Shown piece after piece: positions 1 through 12,226 of a DNA stretch of 39,905 nucleotides. The notes under the pieces are model-generated. The model searched no databases. It was not told where the DNA came from and saw only the letters and a program-made list of their open reading frames with translations. The stretch is taken from assembly GCA_003972985.1 (NCBI GenBank), contig QNZQ01000004.1:1-39905 (forward strand), given 5' to 3'. Every line of letters starts with the position of its first letter. The stretch's first letter is position 1. Origin of the DNA: Gammaproteobacteria bacterium. Lineage in GTDB: Bacteria; Pseudomonadota; Gammaproteobacteria; Chromatiales; Chromatiaceae. A program made the position numbers and the translations under genes.

Positions 1-147
1 CCGCATCAAGGCGATCAAGGTTCGGAGCCATGGCTTCCGCAACAAGGAGCGCTTTGCCAACGCCATTTACTTCCACCTTGGCGGACTCGATCTCTACCCA
101 GAGGCCATCAGCCAGCAACTGTTACCCACCTGATTTGGTGAAGAGCC
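1..147 (+). mobile_element. Right end of an ISL3-family insertion sequence (transposase C-terminus 2..133 plus right inverted repeat ending GAAGAGCC)
   Basis: Frame from base 2 reads RIKAIKVRSHGFRNKERFANAIYFHLGGLDLYPEAISQQLLPT*, matching the ISL3 transposase C-terminal GFRN...AIYFHLGGLDLYP motif. It is followed by ...GGTGAAGAGCC (complement of the GGCTCTTC ISL3 terminus) and an AT-rich flank. Confidence 0.9.
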
Positions 148-181
148 TCAAAAATTTGCGGTTTTAGATCACGTCGTCCTG
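148..181. mobile_element. Right-hand fragment of the MITE family seen at 18681 and 31769, truncated by ISL3
   Basis: TTTGCGGTTTTAGATCACGTCGTCCTG matches TTTGCGGTTTTAGATGATGTCATCCTG at 18818-18844. Confidence 0.75.
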
Positions 182-204
182 ATATTTCACCAGACCACTC
201 GGAA

Positions 205-236
205 TTCCCAGCATTCCAGTGAAACATCCGGGCTAC
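205..236 (-). repeat. Degenerate GTAG-type REP overlapping the gatB stop codon
   Basis: Minus strand GTAG-CCCGGATG-TTTCACTGGA-ATGCTGGG: GTAG tetranucleotide plus an imperfect stem. Confidence 0.4.
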
Positions 237-1678
237 CCCGAGAGCTTGGCGCGCAGCAGCTCGTTCACCTGCTTGGGGTTGGCCTTGCCCTGGCTCTTCT
301 TCATCACCTGGCCGACGAAGAAACCGAGCATCTTGGGCTGTTTCTTGGGATCGGCGTTGCGGTAGTTCTCCACCTGGGCGGCGTTCTCCGCCAGCACCTC
401 GTCCACGATGGCCTCGATGGCACCACTGTCGGTGATCTGCCTGAGCCCCTTGGCCTCGATGATCTCGTCGGCGCCCTTGCCACTCTCCCACATCTCCTCG
501 AAGACGCTCTTGGCGATCTTGCCCGAGATGGTGCTGTCGGCGATACGTTTCACCAGTCCGCCCAGGGCTTCGGCTGCAATGGGGCTCTCCTCCAGGTGCA
601 GGCTGGCCCGGTTGAGGGCGCCGAACAGCTCGACCATCATCCAGTTGGCGGCCAGCTTGGCGTCTCCGGCCTCTTGCACCACGATCTCGTAGTAGTCGGC
701 CTGCTGGCGGGTGGCGGTGAGCACGTCGGCATCGTAGGCCGACAGGCCGTACTCTTGCTCGAAGCGACTGCGCCGCGCCTCGGGCAGCTCGGGCATGCTC
801 TTCACCGTCTCTTCGATGAAGGACTCCTCGATCACCAGCGGCAGCAGGTCGGGATCTGGGAAATAACGGTAGTCGTTGGCCTCCTCCTTGGTACGCATGG
901 AGCGGGTCTCGTCCTTGGAGGGATCGTAGAGACGGGTCTCCTGGATCACCTCCCCACCCGATTCGAGCACGTCGATCTGGCGCTCCACCTCGAAGTTGAC
1001 CGCCTTCTCCAGAAAGCGGAAGGAGTTGAGATTCTTCAGCTCGGTGCGGGTGCCGAACTTCTCCTCTCCCCTGGGACATACCGAGACGTTGGCATCCATG
1101 CGGAAGGAGCCCTCCTGCATGTTGCCGTCGCAGATGCCCAGGTAGGTGACGATCTGGTGGATCTTCTTGGCATAGGCCACCGCCTCCTTCGCCGAGCGCA
1201 TGTCGGGCTCGGAGACGATCTCCAGCAGCGGCGTGCCGGCGCGGTTGAGATCGATCCCGGTGTAGCCGTGGAAATCCTCGTGGAGGGATTTGCCGGCGTC
1301 CTCTTCCAGGTGGGCGCGGGTGACGCCGATGCGCTTGGTTTCACCGTTCTCTAGGAGGATGTCCACGTGGCAGGGGCCGACGATGGGCAGCTCGTACTGG
1401 CTGATCTGGTAGCCCTTGGGCAGATCGGGGTAGAAATAGTTCTTGCGCGCGAACACCGAGCGGCGCGCGATCTCCGCCTCCACCGCGGTACCGAAGAGAA
1501 TCGCCTTGCGCACCACCGCCTCGTTGAGCACTGGCAGCACGCCGGGAAAGCCCAGGTCCACCAGGCACGCCTGGGTGTTGGGCTCGGCGCCGAAGCGGGT
1601 GGAAGCACCGGAGAAGATCTTCGAATTGGTGGTGAGCTGGGTGTGGATTTCCAGCCCGATGACGGTTTCCCACTGCAT
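233..1678 (-). CDS. gatB: Asp-tRNA(Asn)/Glu-tRNA(Gln) amidotransferase subunit B
   Basis: [12 protein letters not shown] start, [34 protein letters not shown] and YRYFPDPDL motifs; C-terminal Yqey-like domain. Confidence 0.98.
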   Translation of the reverse strand: MQWETVIGLEIHTQLTTNSKIFSGASTRFGAEPNTQACLVDLGFPGVLPVLNEAVVRKAILFGTAVEAEIARRSVFARKNYFYPDLPKGYQISQYELPIVGPCHVDILLENGETKRIGVTRAHLEEDAGKSLHEDFHGYTGIDLNRAGTPLLEIVSEPDMRSAKEAVAYAKKIHQIVTYLGICDGNMQEGSFRMDANVSVCPRGEEKFGTRTELKNLNSFRFLEKAVNFEVERQIDVLESGGEVIQETRLYDPSKDETRSMRTKEEANDYRYFPDPDLLPLVIEESFIEETVKSMPELPEARRSRFEQEYGLSAYDADVLTATRQQADYYEIVVQEAGDAKLAANWMMVELFGALNRASLHLEESPIAAEALGGLVKRIADSTISGKIAKSVFEEMWESGKGADEIIEAKGLRQITDSGAIEAIVDEVLAENAAQVENYRNADPKKQPKMLGFFVGQVMKKSQGKANPKQVNELLRAKLSG

Positions 1679-1707
1679 GATCAATTACCTTGGAGATTCG
1701 ATGTCGG

Positions 1708-1732
1708 TTCGCGGCCGGGGGGCCGCTCCTAC
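1708..1732 (-). repeat. REP element (GTAG-GAGCGGCC-loop-GGCCGCGAA)
   Basis: Minus strand GTAGGAGCGGCCCCCCGGCCGCGAA; near-identical copy at 22723-22747. Confidence 0.75.
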
Positions 1733-1749
1733 CGGAAGGGACCGGCCCG

Positions 1750-3213
1750 TCATGAAAAGGCCTCCGGCGTCTGCAGGTGCCAGTCGGTCGCCTTCTGCAG
1801 CTGGTGGGCCACGCCCAGCAGCCGCCCCTCGTCGAAGTAGTTGCCGATGAGCTGCAGTCCCACGGGCAACCCCTTGACCCGGGGAGCCGGCATGGAGAGC
1901 GCCGGCAAGCCGGCCAGGTTGACGGCAATGGTGTAGATGTCGGAAAGGTACATGGATACGGGATCGCTGGCCTTTTCTCCCAACCGGAAGGCCACGTCGG
2001 GAGAAGCAGGGCCGAGCAGCACGTCGGCCTGGGCGAAGGCATCGCGGAAATCCTGGGCGATGATCTGCCGCACCTGCTGCGCCTTCAGGTAGTAGGCATC
2101 GTAGTAACCCGCCGAGAGGGCGTAGGTGCCGATCATGATGCGCCGCTTCACTTCGGCACCGAAACCTTCCGCGCGGCTGCGCTTGTAGAGATCCTCCAGG
2201 TCCTTTGGATCCTCGCAGCGGTGACCGAAGCGCACGCCGTCGAAGCGCGCCAGGTTGGAAGAGCACTCCGCCGGCGCCACCACGTAGTAGGCCGCCACCG
2301 AGTACTCCGAATGGGGCAGGGAGACCTCCACCAGCTCGGCACCAAATCTCTTCAGTTCCTCCATCGCCTGTTCCATGGAGGCAGCCACGTCCTTGTCCAG
2401 CCCCGTCTCGAAGAACTCCTTCACCACGCCGATGCGCAACCCTTTCACGGGTTGCTCCAGCGCACCCGGGTAGTCGTCCACTGGCCGTTCCACGCTGGTG
2501 GAGTCCCGTTCGTCGAAGCCGGCCATGGCGCTGAGCAGCCAGGCGCAGTCATCGGCGCTGCGCGCCATGGGACCGGCCTGGTCGAGGCTGGAAGCGAAGG
2601 CGATCATGCCGTAGCGGGAGACGCGCCCGTAGGTGGGCTTGAGACCGGTGATGCCGCACAGCGCCGCCGGCTGACGGATGGAGCCGCCGGTATCGGTGCC
2701 CGTGGCCGCCGGCGCCAGCCGTGCCGCCACCGCCGCCGCCGAACCGCCGGAGGAGCCGCCGGGAACCCGTTCGGTGTCCCAGGGGTTCTTCACCGGGCCG
2801 TAGTGGCTTGTCTCGTTGGAGGAGCCCATGGCGAACTCGTCCATGTTGGTCTTGCCCAACATCACCATGCCCGCGGCGGCGAGCCGCTCCACCACGGTAG
2901 CGTCGTAGGGCGAGATGAAGTTGTCCAGCATGAAGGAGCCACAACTCGTCCTCACCCCCTTGGTGCAGAAGATGTCCTTGTGCAGCAGGGGAATGCCGGT
3001 GAGCGGACCGGCTTCGCCTTTCTGGATGCGCTCGTCTGCAGCACCGGCCTGTAGCAGGGCCTCCTTCTCCGCCACGGTGATGACGCTGTTGAGCCCGGAA
3101 TCCAGATCTCGGATCCGCGCCAGGAAATGGCGGGTGAGCTCCACGCTGCTGAACGCCTTTTCCGCGAGCCCGGCCGAAAGCTCGGCGATGCTCTTGCGAT
3201 GCAGTTCGTCCAT
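1750..3213 (-). CDS. gatA: Asp-tRNA(Asn)/Glu-tRNA(Gln) amidotransferase subunit A
   Basis: Amidase signature [33 protein letters not shown]; lies between gatC and gatB. Confidence 0.98.
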   Translation of the reverse strand: MDELHRKSIAELSAGLAEKAFSSVELTRHFLARIRDLDSGLNSVITVAEKEALLQAGAADERIQKGEAGPLTGIPLLHKDIFCTKGVRTSCGSFMLDNFISPYDATVVERLAAAGMVMLGKTNMDEFAMGSSNETSHYGPVKNPWDTERVPGGSSGGSAAAVAARLAPAATGTDTGGSIRQPAALCGITGLKPTYGRVSRYGMIAFASSLDQAGPMARSADDCAWLLSAMAGFDERDSTSVERPVDDYPGALEQPVKGLRIGVVKEFFETGLDKDVAASMEQAMEELKRFGAELVEVSLPHSEYSVAAYYVVAPAECSSNLARFDGVRFGHRCEDPKDLEDLYKRSRAEGFGAEVKRRIMIGTYALSAGYYDAYYLKAQQVRQIIAQDFRDAFAQADVLLGPASPDVAFRLGEKASDPVSMYLSDIYTIAVNLAGLPALSMPAPRVKGLPVGLQLIGNYFDEGRLLGVAHQLQKATDWHLQTPEAFS

Positions 3214-3500
3214 CACTCGATCACCCGGGGCACCAGGTAGAGCCCGTTTTCCACCAGCGGCGCCACCGCCTGGTACTCTTCCCGGTGGTTCTCCTCGGTG
3301 ACCACGTCGGGCCGCAGGCGCTGGGGCATGTCCAGCGGGTGGGCCATGGGCGTGATGCCGTCAGTGTCCAGCTTCTCCATCTGTTCCACCAGATGGAGAA
3401 TCCCTCCCAGCTCCCGCTGGAGGACATCCAGCTCCTCCGGCTCCACGGCGATCCGGGCCAGGTGGGCGATCTTTTCAACGTCGTCGCGTTCCAGGGTCAT
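3213..3500 (-). CDS. gatC: Asp-tRNA(Asn)/Glu-tRNA(Gln) amidotransferase subunit C
   Basis: 95 aa; [10 protein letters not shown]...LRPDVVTE...[10 protein letters not shown]; TGATG overlap with gatA. Confidence 0.97.
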   Translation of the reverse strand: MTLERDDVEKIAHLARIAVEPEELDVLQRELGGILHLVEQMEKLDTDGITPMAHPLDMPQRLRPDVVTEENHREEYQAVAPLVENGLYLVPRVIE

Positions 3501-3686
3501 GCGCTGATTCCCCTTCGGGGCAGTTGCAAAACGGATGGGGAAATTAGCACAATTCCCTCTCTATTACACCTTCCGGGCCTTTTGGCGGAACCGCTGCCAG
3601 TACCGCCCGAATAACCGATAGTGCCCGCAAATCAATGAACTAATGGAGACATTCCGGGCTCGCGCCCGTCCTGTGGAAAACTCCCC

Positions 3687-3716
3687 TTGCCCAAAGGTGG
3701 GCGCTGTTGATAGATT
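3687..3716 (+). promoter_or_regulatory. Possible sigma70 promoter for the mre operon
   Basis: TTGCCC-N18-TAGATT with a TGn extension, in the divergent gatC-mreB intergenic region. Confidence 0.3.
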
Positions 3717-3727
3717 ACCGCTCTTGA

Positions 3728-4867
<1,140 letters not shown>

Positions 4868-4905
4868 TCCCGCAGCGCCTCTGAAGCGGACCCAGGAGCC
4901 CGGCC

Positions 4906-5802
4906 ATCAAATTCATCTTTGCAGAAGGACCTTCACCGGGGGCTCGGCTCATCGGCGCCATGATGCTCTCCATCCTGCTCATGGTGCTGGACCACCGCTT
5001 CAAGCAGACCGAGACCCTGCGCAGCACCCTCTCCACCCTCACCTACCCCATCCAGTTCCTTGCCGAGGCACCCAGCGCCATCGGCAACTGGATCATCGAC
5101 ACCTGGAAGAGCCGCAGCGATCTCCAGGAGAGGAATGCCCTGCTGACGCGGGAAACCCTGAAGCTGCGCGCCGAGCTGCAGCAGGTGGCCGCACTGCAGT
5201 CGGAGAACGAACGGCTGCGCGACCTGCTCGGGTCGGCCTACAAGATCGGCAACCGGGTGCTGGTGGCCGAGCTCTCGGCCATGGACCTCGACCCCTTCCG
5301 CCAGCAGGTGATGATCAACAAAGGCAGCACCTCGGGGGTCTTCGAGGGCCAGGCGGTGCTGGACGCCCACGCCGTCATGGGCCAGGTGACCCATGTCACG
5401 CCGCTCAATGCCACGGTACTCCTGATCACCGACGCGCAGCATGCGCTGCCGGTACAGCTCCTGCGCAACGGGCTGCGTACCATCGCCGTGGGCACCGGCC
5501 GCATCAACGAACTCGAACTCCCCTACCTGCCCAACAATGCGGATATCCGGAAAGGCGACCTGCTGGTCACCTCCGGCCTCGGCGGTAAGTTCCCTCCCGG
5601 CTACCCGATGGCGCGCATCGTGCGCGTAGAGCGGATTCCGGGCAAGCCCTTCGCCCATGTCTCCGCCGAGCCCCTGGCCCAGCTGGACAGGACCCGCGAG
5701 GTGCTGCTGGTGTGGGAAGTGAAAACGCCGGAGCTGATTCCCGACCGGCCCACACAGCCACCGCCCCGGCCTGCCGCGGCGGTGGAGGGCGCAGCGCCAT
5801 GA
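4906..5802 (+). CDS. mreC: Rod shape-determining protein MreC (probable ATC start at 4906; first ATG at 4960)
   Basis: Coiled coil ENERLRDLL and GDLLVTSGLGGKFPPGYP motifs. The in-frame upstream extension IKFIFAEGPSPGARL resembles the MreC N-terminus and has AGGAG 7 nt before it. Confidence 0.95.
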   Translation: MKFIFAEGPSPGARLIGAMMLSILLMVLDHRFKQTETLRSTLSTLTYPIQFLAEAPSAIGNWIIDTWKSRSDLQERNALLTRETLKLRAELQQVAALQSENERLRDLLGSAYKIGNRVLVAELSAMDLDPFRQQVMINKGSTSGVFEGQAVLDAHAVMGQVTHVTPLNATVLLITDAQHALPVQLLRNGLRTIAVGTGRINELELPYLPNNADIRKGDLLVTSGLGGKFPPGYPMARIVRVERIPGKPFAHVSAEPLAQLDRTREVLLVWEVKTPELIPDRPTQPPPRPAAAVEGAAP

Positions 5803-6275
5803 CGCGCGGTTTCAGCATCATCGCCATCACCTTTCTCATCAGCCTGGTGCTGAGCATCCTGCCCATGCCGGAGAGCCTGCAGCTCTACCGTATCCAGTGG
5901 ACGGCGCTGGTGCTTATCTACTGGTGCATGGCGGTGCCGGAGCGGGTGGGCGTGGGAGTGGGATTCCTGGTCGGGCTGTTGCTGGACATCCTCACGGGAA
6001 CCCTGCTCGGCCAGCACGCACTGGGGCTGTCGGTGATCAGCTTCGTCGTCATCAAGACCTACCGGCGGGTACGGGTCTTCCCTCTCTGGCAGCAGTCGGT
6101 GTTCGTGGTGCTGCTGCTCCTGCTGGAACGGCTGCTCTTCTTCTGGGTCGACGGCACCATCGGGCGCCCGGCCAAGGGCACCGAATCCTGGATCGCCCCC
6201 CTGCTCGGCGGCCTCATCTGGCCCTGGCTGTTCATCATCATGCGCGACCTGCGGCGCCGTTTCCACACCTCCTGA
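5799..6275 (+). CDS. mreD: Rod shape-determining protein MreD
   Basis: Hydrophobic; LVLIYW...PERVG...GLLLDIL.GTLLGQHAL; ATGA overlap with mreC. Confidence 0.96.
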   Translation: MTRGFSIIAITFLISLVLSILPMPESLQLYRIQWTALVLIYWCMAVPERVGVGVGFLVGLLLDILTGTLLGQHALGLSVISFVVIKTYRRVRVFPLWQQSVFVVLLLLLERLLFFWVDGTIGRPAKGTESWIAPLLGGLIWPWLFIIMRDLRRRFHTS

Positions 6276-6293
6276 CCCGACGCACAGCAGCAG

Positions 6294-8171
6294 ATGAACA
6301 GCAATTTCGAGTTCAAGAACTATCGCCGGGAAAGCCGCCTCTTCTCCAGCCGTGCGGTCATTGCCGGGTTGGCGGTGGTCCTCGCGTTGCTGGGCACCCT
6401 CGGCAGAATGGTCTACCTGCAGGTGAACCAGCACGAGCACTTCACTACCCTGGCCCAGGACAACCGGGTGAAGCTGATTCCCCTGCCCCCCACCCGCGGC
6501 CTCATCTACGACCGCAACGACCGGCTGCTGGCGCTCAACCGCCCCGCCTTCAACCTGGAGATCGTCCCGGAGAAGGCCGGCGACATCCAGGCCGTGCTGA
6601 AACGCCTCGGCAGGCTCGTCGAACTCAAACCCACCGACATCGAGCGCTTCGAGAAAGCGAGAAGACAGCACCGGCGCTTCGAAAGCATCCCCATCAAGCT
6701 GGACATCAGCAACCAGGAGGCGGCCCTGTTCGCCGTCAACCAGCACCAGTTCCCCGGGATCTCCATCCGCGCCCGCCTCACCCGCACCTACCCGTTGGGC
6801 TACGCGCTCTCCCACGTGGTGGGTTATGTGGGACGCATCAGCCTGGAGGACCTCAAGCGCATCGATACCTCCAACTATGCCGGCACCACCTACATCGGCA
6901 AGACCGGCGTGGAAAGATCCTACGAGGAGACCCTGCACGGCCTGGTGGGCTTTCAGCAGGTGGAGGTGAACGCCCTGGGCAAGACCGTGCGCGTGCTGAA
7001 GGAAACGCCGCCCCAGCCGGGAAAGAGCCTGCGCCTGCACCTGGACTCGCGCCTGCAGAAGGTGGCACTGGAGGCCTTCGGTGATTTCAACGGCGCCGCC
7101 GTGGCGATCGATCCCGGCACCGGTGGGGTACTGGCATTGGTGAGCAAACCCGGTTACGATCCCAACCCCTTCGTCGAAGGCATCAGCTCCAAGGACTACA
7201 CGGCACTGCGCTCGGACCCCGACAAACCGCTCTTCAACCGCGCGCTCAAGGGTACCTATCCGCCGGGTTCCACGGTGAAGCCCTTCATGGGACTGGCGGG
7301 ACTGGAGCTGGGCACCATCACCCGCGACAGCAAGAAATACTGCCCCGGTTTCTTCCAGCTTCCGAGCCACGATCACAAGTACCGCGACTGGAAGCGCGGC
7401 GGCCACGGCAAGATGGACGTGGACCAGGCCATCACCCAGTCCTGCGATGTCTTCTTCTACAGCCTAGCCCACGAAATCGGCATCGACAAGCTGAAGAACT
7501 ACCTTAGGCAGTTTCACTTCGGCGAAAAGACCGGCGTGGACCTGGTGGGCGAGCAGCGCGGCATCCGCCCCTCGCGGGAATGGAAACGCAAGCGTTACAA
7601 GCAGGTCTGGTTTCCCGGCGAGACGGTGATCATGGGTATCGGCCAGGGCTATTTCCAGGCCACGCCGCTGCAGCTCGCCGCTGCCACCGCTGCCATCGCC
7701 AACGGCGGCCACTACCTGGAACCGCGCCTGGTGGCGGAACTGCTGGACGAGAACAGCGGCACCCGCAGCGCGGTGGAGTCGGTGGACCATCCCATACCCA
7801 TGCACAACGAGCAGAACTGGAACAAGGTGCGCGAAGCCATGACCCACGTGGTGGAGGGCCACCGGGGCACCGCACGGCGCATCCGCAGCGAGGATTACCG
7901 CATCGCCGGCAAAACCGGTACTGCACAGGTATTCACCGTGGCGCAGGATGCCGAGTACAACGAGGAGGAGGTGGCCCACCACACGCGGGATCACGCACTC
8001 TTCATCGCCTACGCTCCGGTGGAGTACCCGCGCATCGCCGTGGCCGTGATCGTGGAAAACGGCGGCCACGGCGGCTCGGTGGCCGCCCCCATCGCCAAGC
8101 GCATCATGGATGCCTGGCTGCTGGGCAAGTATGAAACTGACCAGCCGCAAGCGGCAGGAACGGCACCATGA
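6294..8171 (+). CDS. mrdA: Penicillin-binding protein 2
   Basis: N-terminal [16 protein letters not shown] (SxxK), SCD (SxD) and KTG motifs. Confidence 0.97.
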   Translation: MNSNFEFKNYRRESRLFSSRAVIAGLAVVLALLGTLGRMVYLQVNQHEHFTTLAQDNRVKLIPLPPTRGLIYDRNDRLLALNRPAFNLEIVPEKAGDIQAVLKRLGRLVELKPTDIERFEKARRQHRRFESIPIKLDISNQEAALFAVNQHQFPGISIRARLTRTYPLGYALSHVVGYVGRISLEDLKRIDTSNYAGTTYIGKTGVERSYEETLHGLVGFQQVEVNALGKTVRVLKETPPQPGKSLRLHLDSRLQKVALEAFGDFNGAAVAIDPGTGGVLALVSKPGYDPNPFVEGISSKDYTALRSDPDKPLFNRALKGTYPPGSTVKPFMGLAGLELGTITRDSKKYCPGFFQLPSHDHKYRDWKRGGHGKMDVDQAITQSCDVFFYSLAHEIGIDKLKNYLRQFHFGEKTGVDLVGEQRGIRPSREWKRKRYKQVWFPGETVIMGIGQGYFQATPLQLAAATAAIANGGHYLEPRLVAELLDENSGTRSAVESVDHPIPMHNEQNWNKVREAMTHVVEGHRGTARRIRSEDYRIAGKTGTAQVFTVAQDAEYNEEEVAHHTRDHALFIAYAPVEYPRIAVAVIVENGGHGGSVAAPIAKRIMDAWLLGKYETDQPQAAGTAP

Positions 8172-9307
8172 GCCTCGGCCCGCGCTCACCCAGCGGCCTG
8201 CCTCCCAGCGAGCCGGCACGCCACCGGGGCCTGCTGGCCCGGCTCCACCTCGACCTGCCCCTGCTCACCGGGCTGCTGTTGCTGAGCGGCTTCGGGCTGG
8301 TGGTGCTCTACTCGGCCAGTGGCCAGGACATGCAGCAGGTGGAACGGCAGCTGTTGAGGCACGCACTCGCCTTCGGCGTGATGATAATCCTGGCCCAGAT
8401 CCATCCCCAGACCTTCCGGCGCTGGAGCCCCTGGCTCTACCTTGCGGGTACCCTGATGCTGGTGCTGGTGCTGGTGAGCGGCGTCATCGGCAAGGGCGCC
8501 CAGAGGTGGCTCGACCTCGGCTTCATGCGTTTCCAGCCCTCGGAGCTGGTGAAACTGGCCACGCCCATGATGATCGCCTGGTACCTATCGGGGCGCTCCC
8601 TGCCACCCAGCTGGAAGATGCTGCTGGTGAGCCTGGTACTGATCTTCCTGCCCGTGCTGCTGATCGCCAAGCAGCCGGACCTGGGAACCGCTATCCTGGT
8701 GGCCAGCAGCGGCCTCTTCGTGCTCTTCCTGGCCGGCATGAGCTGGCGCCTCATCGGGGGGCTGGCCATTGCGCTGGCCGCCGCCGCTCCGCTGCTGTGG
8801 CACTTCATGCGCGACTACCAGCGCAAGCGGGTGCTCACCTTCATGAATCCCGAGAGCGATCCGCTGGGCTCCGGTTACCATATCATCCAGTCCAAGATCG
8901 CCATCGGCTCCGGGGGCATCTACGGCAAGGGCTGGCTCAACGGCACCCAGTCCCAGCTGGAGTTCCTGCCCGAGCGTCATACCGATTTCATCTTCGCCGT
9001 GCTCGGGGAGGAGTTTGGGCTGGTGGGCATCAGCCTGCTGCTGCTGCTCTACACCTTCATCATCCTGCGCGGGCTCTATATCGCCTCCCAGGCTCAGGAC
9101 AGCTTCAGCCGGCTGCTTGCCGGGGCACTCACGCTGGTATTCTTTGTCTATCTCTTCGTGAATACCGGAATGGTCAGCGGCCTGCTGCCGGTGGTCGGCG
9201 TGCCCCTGCCGCTGGTGAGCTACGGGGGCACTTCCCTGGTGACCCTGATGGCCGGTTTCGGTATTCTCATGTCCATTCATACTCACAGGAAGCTGCTGCC
9301 CCAATGA
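8168..9307 (+). CDS. rodA: SEDS peptidoglycan glycosyltransferase RodA
   Basis: [25 protein letters not shown] and PLVSYGG motifs. Confidence 0.97.
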   Translation: MSLGPRSPSGLPPSEPARHRGLLARLHLDLPLLTGLLLLSGFGLVVLYSASGQDMQQVERQLLRHALAFGVMIILAQIHPQTFRRWSPWLYLAGTLMLVLVLVSGVIGKGAQRWLDLGFMRFQPSELVKLATPMMIAWYLSGRSLPPSWKMLLVSLVLIFLPVLLIAKQPDLGTAILVASSGLFVLFLAGMSWRLIGGLAIALAAAAPLLWHFMRDYQRKRVLTFMNPESDPLGSGYHIIQSKIAIGSGGIYGKGWLNGTQSQLEFLPERHTDFIFAVLGEEFGLVGISLLLLLYTFIILRGLYIASQAQDSFSRLLAGALTLVFFVYLFVNTGMVSGLLPVVGVPLPLVSYGGTSLVTLMAGFGILMSIHTHRKLLPQ

Positions 9308-10278
9308 GATTTCTTGCCCTGCTCCTGCTGTTTCTGTTCGCCACCGGGCTCGCCGCGGCAGAACCGTCGGGCGTGGAGGCCTTCGTAGAAAAAATGGCCA
9401 AGGAACACGGTTTCGACGCAGAAGCACTGAAAAAGACGCTGGCCAGGGCCCGTTTCCGCCAGGACATCATCGACAAGATCAGCCACCCTGCCGAGCGTAC
9501 CCTCAACTGGACCCAGTACCGCAGGATCTTCCTCACCGACCGGCGCATACGCGGCGGCGCCGATTTCGCCCGCAGGAACCGCAAGGCGCTGGCATGGGCC
9601 GAAGCGGAATACGGGGTGCCCCCGCAGATCGTCACCGCCATCATTGGCGTGGAGGCCTTCTACGGCCGCATCGCGGGCAAGGACAGGGTTCTCGACGCGC
9701 TCTACACCCTCGCCTTCCACTACCCCAAGCGCAGCCGGTTCTTCACCAGCGAGCTGGAGAAGTTCCTGCTCCTGACCCGCGAGGAGCAGCTCGATCCGAC
9801 CGTGCCCAGGGGCTCCTACGCCGGCGCCATGGGACTCGGCCAGTTCATGCCCAGCAGCTACCTCAGTTACGCGGTGGACTTCGATGGCGACGGCAAGCGG
9901 GACATCTGGAACAACGAGACCGACGCCATCGGCAGCGTGGCCAACTACTTTGCACGGCACGGCTGGAAGCGGGACTTTCCCGTGACCCTGCAGGCAAGCG
10001 GCGTGGCCCCGGACAGACACGCGAGCTTCCTCACCGGCAAGCTCAAGCCCGCGCACACCCTGGCGCAGCTGCGCGAGGCGGGTATCCGCTTCGACGACAT
10101 GATCAACGACCAGCTCAAGGCCGCCCTCATCGAGCTCGAGACGGACGCCGGCAGCGAGTACTGGCTGGGGCTGGACAATTTCTACGTCATCACCCGCTAC
10201 AACCACAGTCCCATGTACGCCATGGCCGTCTACCAGCTCGGCGAGGCGATCAGGGAGAAACTTCCCGGCAAGCCATGA
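9304..10278 (+). CDS. mltB: Lytic murein transglycosylase B
   Basis: Signal peptide; [29 protein letters not shown] and VITRYNHS motifs. Confidence 0.95.
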   Translation: MRFLALLLLFLFATGLAAAEPSGVEAFVEKMAKEHGFDAEALKKTLARARFRQDIIDKISHPAERTLNWTQYRRIFLTDRRIRGGADFARRNRKALAWAEAEYGVPPQIVTAIIGVEAFYGRIAGKDRVLDALYTLAFHYPKRSRFFTSELEKFLLLTREEQLDPTVPRGSYAGAMGLGQFMPSSYLSYAVDFDGDGKRDIWNNETDAIGSVANYFARHGWKRDFPVTLQASGVAPDRHASFLTGKLKPAHTLAQLREAGIRFDDMINDQLKAALIELETDAGSEYWLGLDNFYVITRYNHSPMYAMAVYQLGEAIREKLPGKP

Positions 10279-11051
10279 AGCGGATCCTCTACATGGCGAT
10301 CCTCCTGTGGCTGCCCGCCGGCTGCAGCCTCCGCGCTCCCTCCTACCCCAACGACGACTATGGCCCGGACCACCCGGTGGACGTCAGCCAGGTACCCGAC
10401 GCCGTGCCCCGGAAGGCACCCAGGAGCCGCTACGGCAACCCCGACAGCTACACCGTGCGGGGCAGGACCTACCACGTGATGCAGAACGCCAGGGACTTCC
10501 GCGAGCAGGGGCTCGCCTCCTGGTATGGTCTGAAGTTCCATGGCCGGCGCACTTCCAGCGGAGAGCCCTACGACATGTACGCCATGACCGCTGCGCACAA
10601 GACCCTGCCCCTGCCCACCTGGGTAAGGGTCACCAACCGGGAAAACGGGAAGTCTGTGGTGGTCAAGGTGAACGACCGGGGTCCATTCCACGAAGGGCGC
10701 ATCATCGACCTCTCCTATGCCGCGGCGGCCAAGCTGGGCGTTCTGGCCAAGGGTACCGCGCCCGTGGAGATCGTTGCCCTCATCCCGGGCGAGACGGCCC
10801 CGGCCACCCGGCCCACCCGAGATACGGCCTCCGGGCCGCGCTTCATCCAGGCCGGCGCCTTTTCCAGCCTGGTCAACGCCCGCAGCCTCTACCGGCGCCT
10901 GGTGCGGGTCCAGGAACACCCGGTGGAGATCCGCCACGACGGCAACCTGCACCGTGTGGTGGTGGGTCCGCTCACCGACAGCGGGAAACAGCAGCAGCTC
11001 GAGCGCACGCTGGAAGAGTGGGGCATACGCCCGCACCATCTAGTACAATGA
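10275..11051 (+). CDS. rlpA: Septal lytic transglycosylase lipoprotein RlpA (DPBB plus SPOR)
   Basis: Lipoprotein-like signal (AGC); GLASWYG, TAAHKTLPLP, VNDRGPF, RIIDLS; C-terminal IQAGAF SPOR domain. Confidence 0.95.
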   Translation: MKRILYMAILLWLPAGCSLRAPSYPNDDYGPDHPVDVSQVPDAVPRKAPRSRYGNPDSYTVRGRTYHVMQNARDFREQGLASWYGLKFHGRRTSSGEPYDMYAMTAAHKTLPLPTWVRVTNRENGKSVVVKVNDRGPFHEGRIIDLSYAAAAKLGVLAKGTAPVEIVALIPGETAPATRPTRDTASGPRFIQAGAFSSLVNARSLYRRLVRVQEHPVEIRHDGNLHRVVVGPLTDSGKQQQLERTLEEWGIRPHHLVQ

Positions 11052-12217
11052 CGGGTCGTTTCCACTCCGTTTTCCCTGCCATGAAGGACACCCTGCGTAC
11101 CCTGCTCGCCTTTCTGCTGCTGACGTTGCTGGCCACCGCTCAGGGCGCGCCCATTCCGGTACCTCCGACCATCGCGGCCACGGGCCACCTGCTGATGGAT
11201 TTCCATAGCAGCGAGGTACTGGCCGAGAACAACGCGGAAAAACGGCTCGAGCCGGCGAGCCTCACCAAGATCATGACCGCCTACGTCGTGTTCCGCGAGC
11301 TGGAGGAAGGCAAACTCGCACTGGGCGATCAGGTGCTGGTGAGCAAGAAGGCCTGGAAGACGTCGGGCTCGCGCATGTTCATCGAGGTGGGAAAACGCGT
11401 CTCCGTCGACGACCTCATCCACGGCATGATCATCGCCTCGGGCAACGATGCCTGCGTGGCTCTGGCCGAACACATCGCCGGCAGCGAGGAGTCCTTCGCC
11501 GCCCTGATGAACGAGCACGCCATCCGGCTGGGCATGGAGAACACCCATTTCGTCAACTCCACCGGGCTGCCCGACCCCAACCACTACACCACCCCGGCCG
11601 ACATCCTCAAGGTGACACAGGCGCTCATCGCCGAGTTTCCCCAGTACTACACCATCTACTCCCAGCGCGAGTTCACCTACAACGGCATCACCCAGAAGAA
11701 CCGCAACCGGCTGTTGTGGCGCGACCCCTCGGTGGATGGCGTGAAGACGGGCCACACCCAGGCGGCCGGCTACTGCCTGGTGGCCTCGGCCAAGCGCGAA
11801 GGCATGCGTCTGCTCTCGGTGGTGATGGGCACCAAGAGCGAGGAGGCCCGCGCCCAGGAGACCCAGAAGCTGCTCAACTACGGCTTCCGCTTCTACCAGA
11901 CCCACCGCCTCTTCGCCGCCGGCGAATCCCTGAGAAAAGTGCGCGTCTGGAAAGGCGATATCAAGGAGCTTCAACTGGGGCAGGAAGAGGATCTTCACGT
12001 CACCATCCCCAGGGGCGATTACGACAAGCTGAAGGTCCGCACCCGTATCCAGAGCGGTATCGTGGCCCCGGTGAAACAGGGCCAGCCACTCGGCAGGCTG
12101 ATGGTGGAGCTGGACGGAGAGCCCCTGCAGGAGGTGCCCCTGGTGGCGCTGCGCCCGGTGGAGGAAGGCGGGCTGTTCCACAACCTGCTCGACAGCCTGC
12201 TGATGATCTTCGAGTAG
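11048..12217 (+). CDS. dacA: D-alanyl-D-alanine carboxypeptidase, PBP5/6 family (alternative start 11081)
   Basis: ASLTK (SxxK), SGN (SxN) and KTG motifs; canonical position after rlpA. Confidence 0.93.
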   Translation: MTGRFHSVFPAMKDTLRTLLAFLLLTLLATAQGAPIPVPPTIAATGHLLMDFHSSEVLAENNAEKRLEPASLTKIMTAYVVFRELEEGKLALGDQVLVSKKAWKTSGSRMFIEVGKRVSVDDLIHGMIIASGNDACVALAEHIAGSEESFAALMNEHAIRLGMENTHFVNSTGLPDPNHYTTPADILKVTQALIAEFPQYYTIYSQREFTYNGITQKNRNRLLWRDPSVDGVKTGHTQAAGYCLVASAKREGMRLLSVVMGTKSEEARAQETQKLLNYGFRFYQTHRLFAAGESLRKVRVWKGDIKELQLGQEEDLHVTIPRGDYDKLKVRTRIQSGIVAPVKQGQPLGRLMVELDGEPLQEVPLVALRPVEEGGLFHNLLDSLLMIFE

Positions 12218-12226
12218 GTCGGCCCC

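Noticed and set aside
3672-3680. Single DnaA-box match (TTTTCCACA on the minus strand) between gatC and mreB
   Set aside because: One degenerate 9-mer without a cluster can occur by chance.
8110-10278. Apparent long N-terminal extensions or fusions of mltB (likewise rlpA, dac, galE, DUF3426, dusB)
   Set aside because: The extensions are off-frame read-through of the upstream gene; true starts overlap or closely follow upstream stops.
12213-12226. GTAG at the dac stop (also modC and trpB stops) as further REPs
   Set aside because: No convincing hairpin follows; G before TAG is expected in GC3-rich genes.
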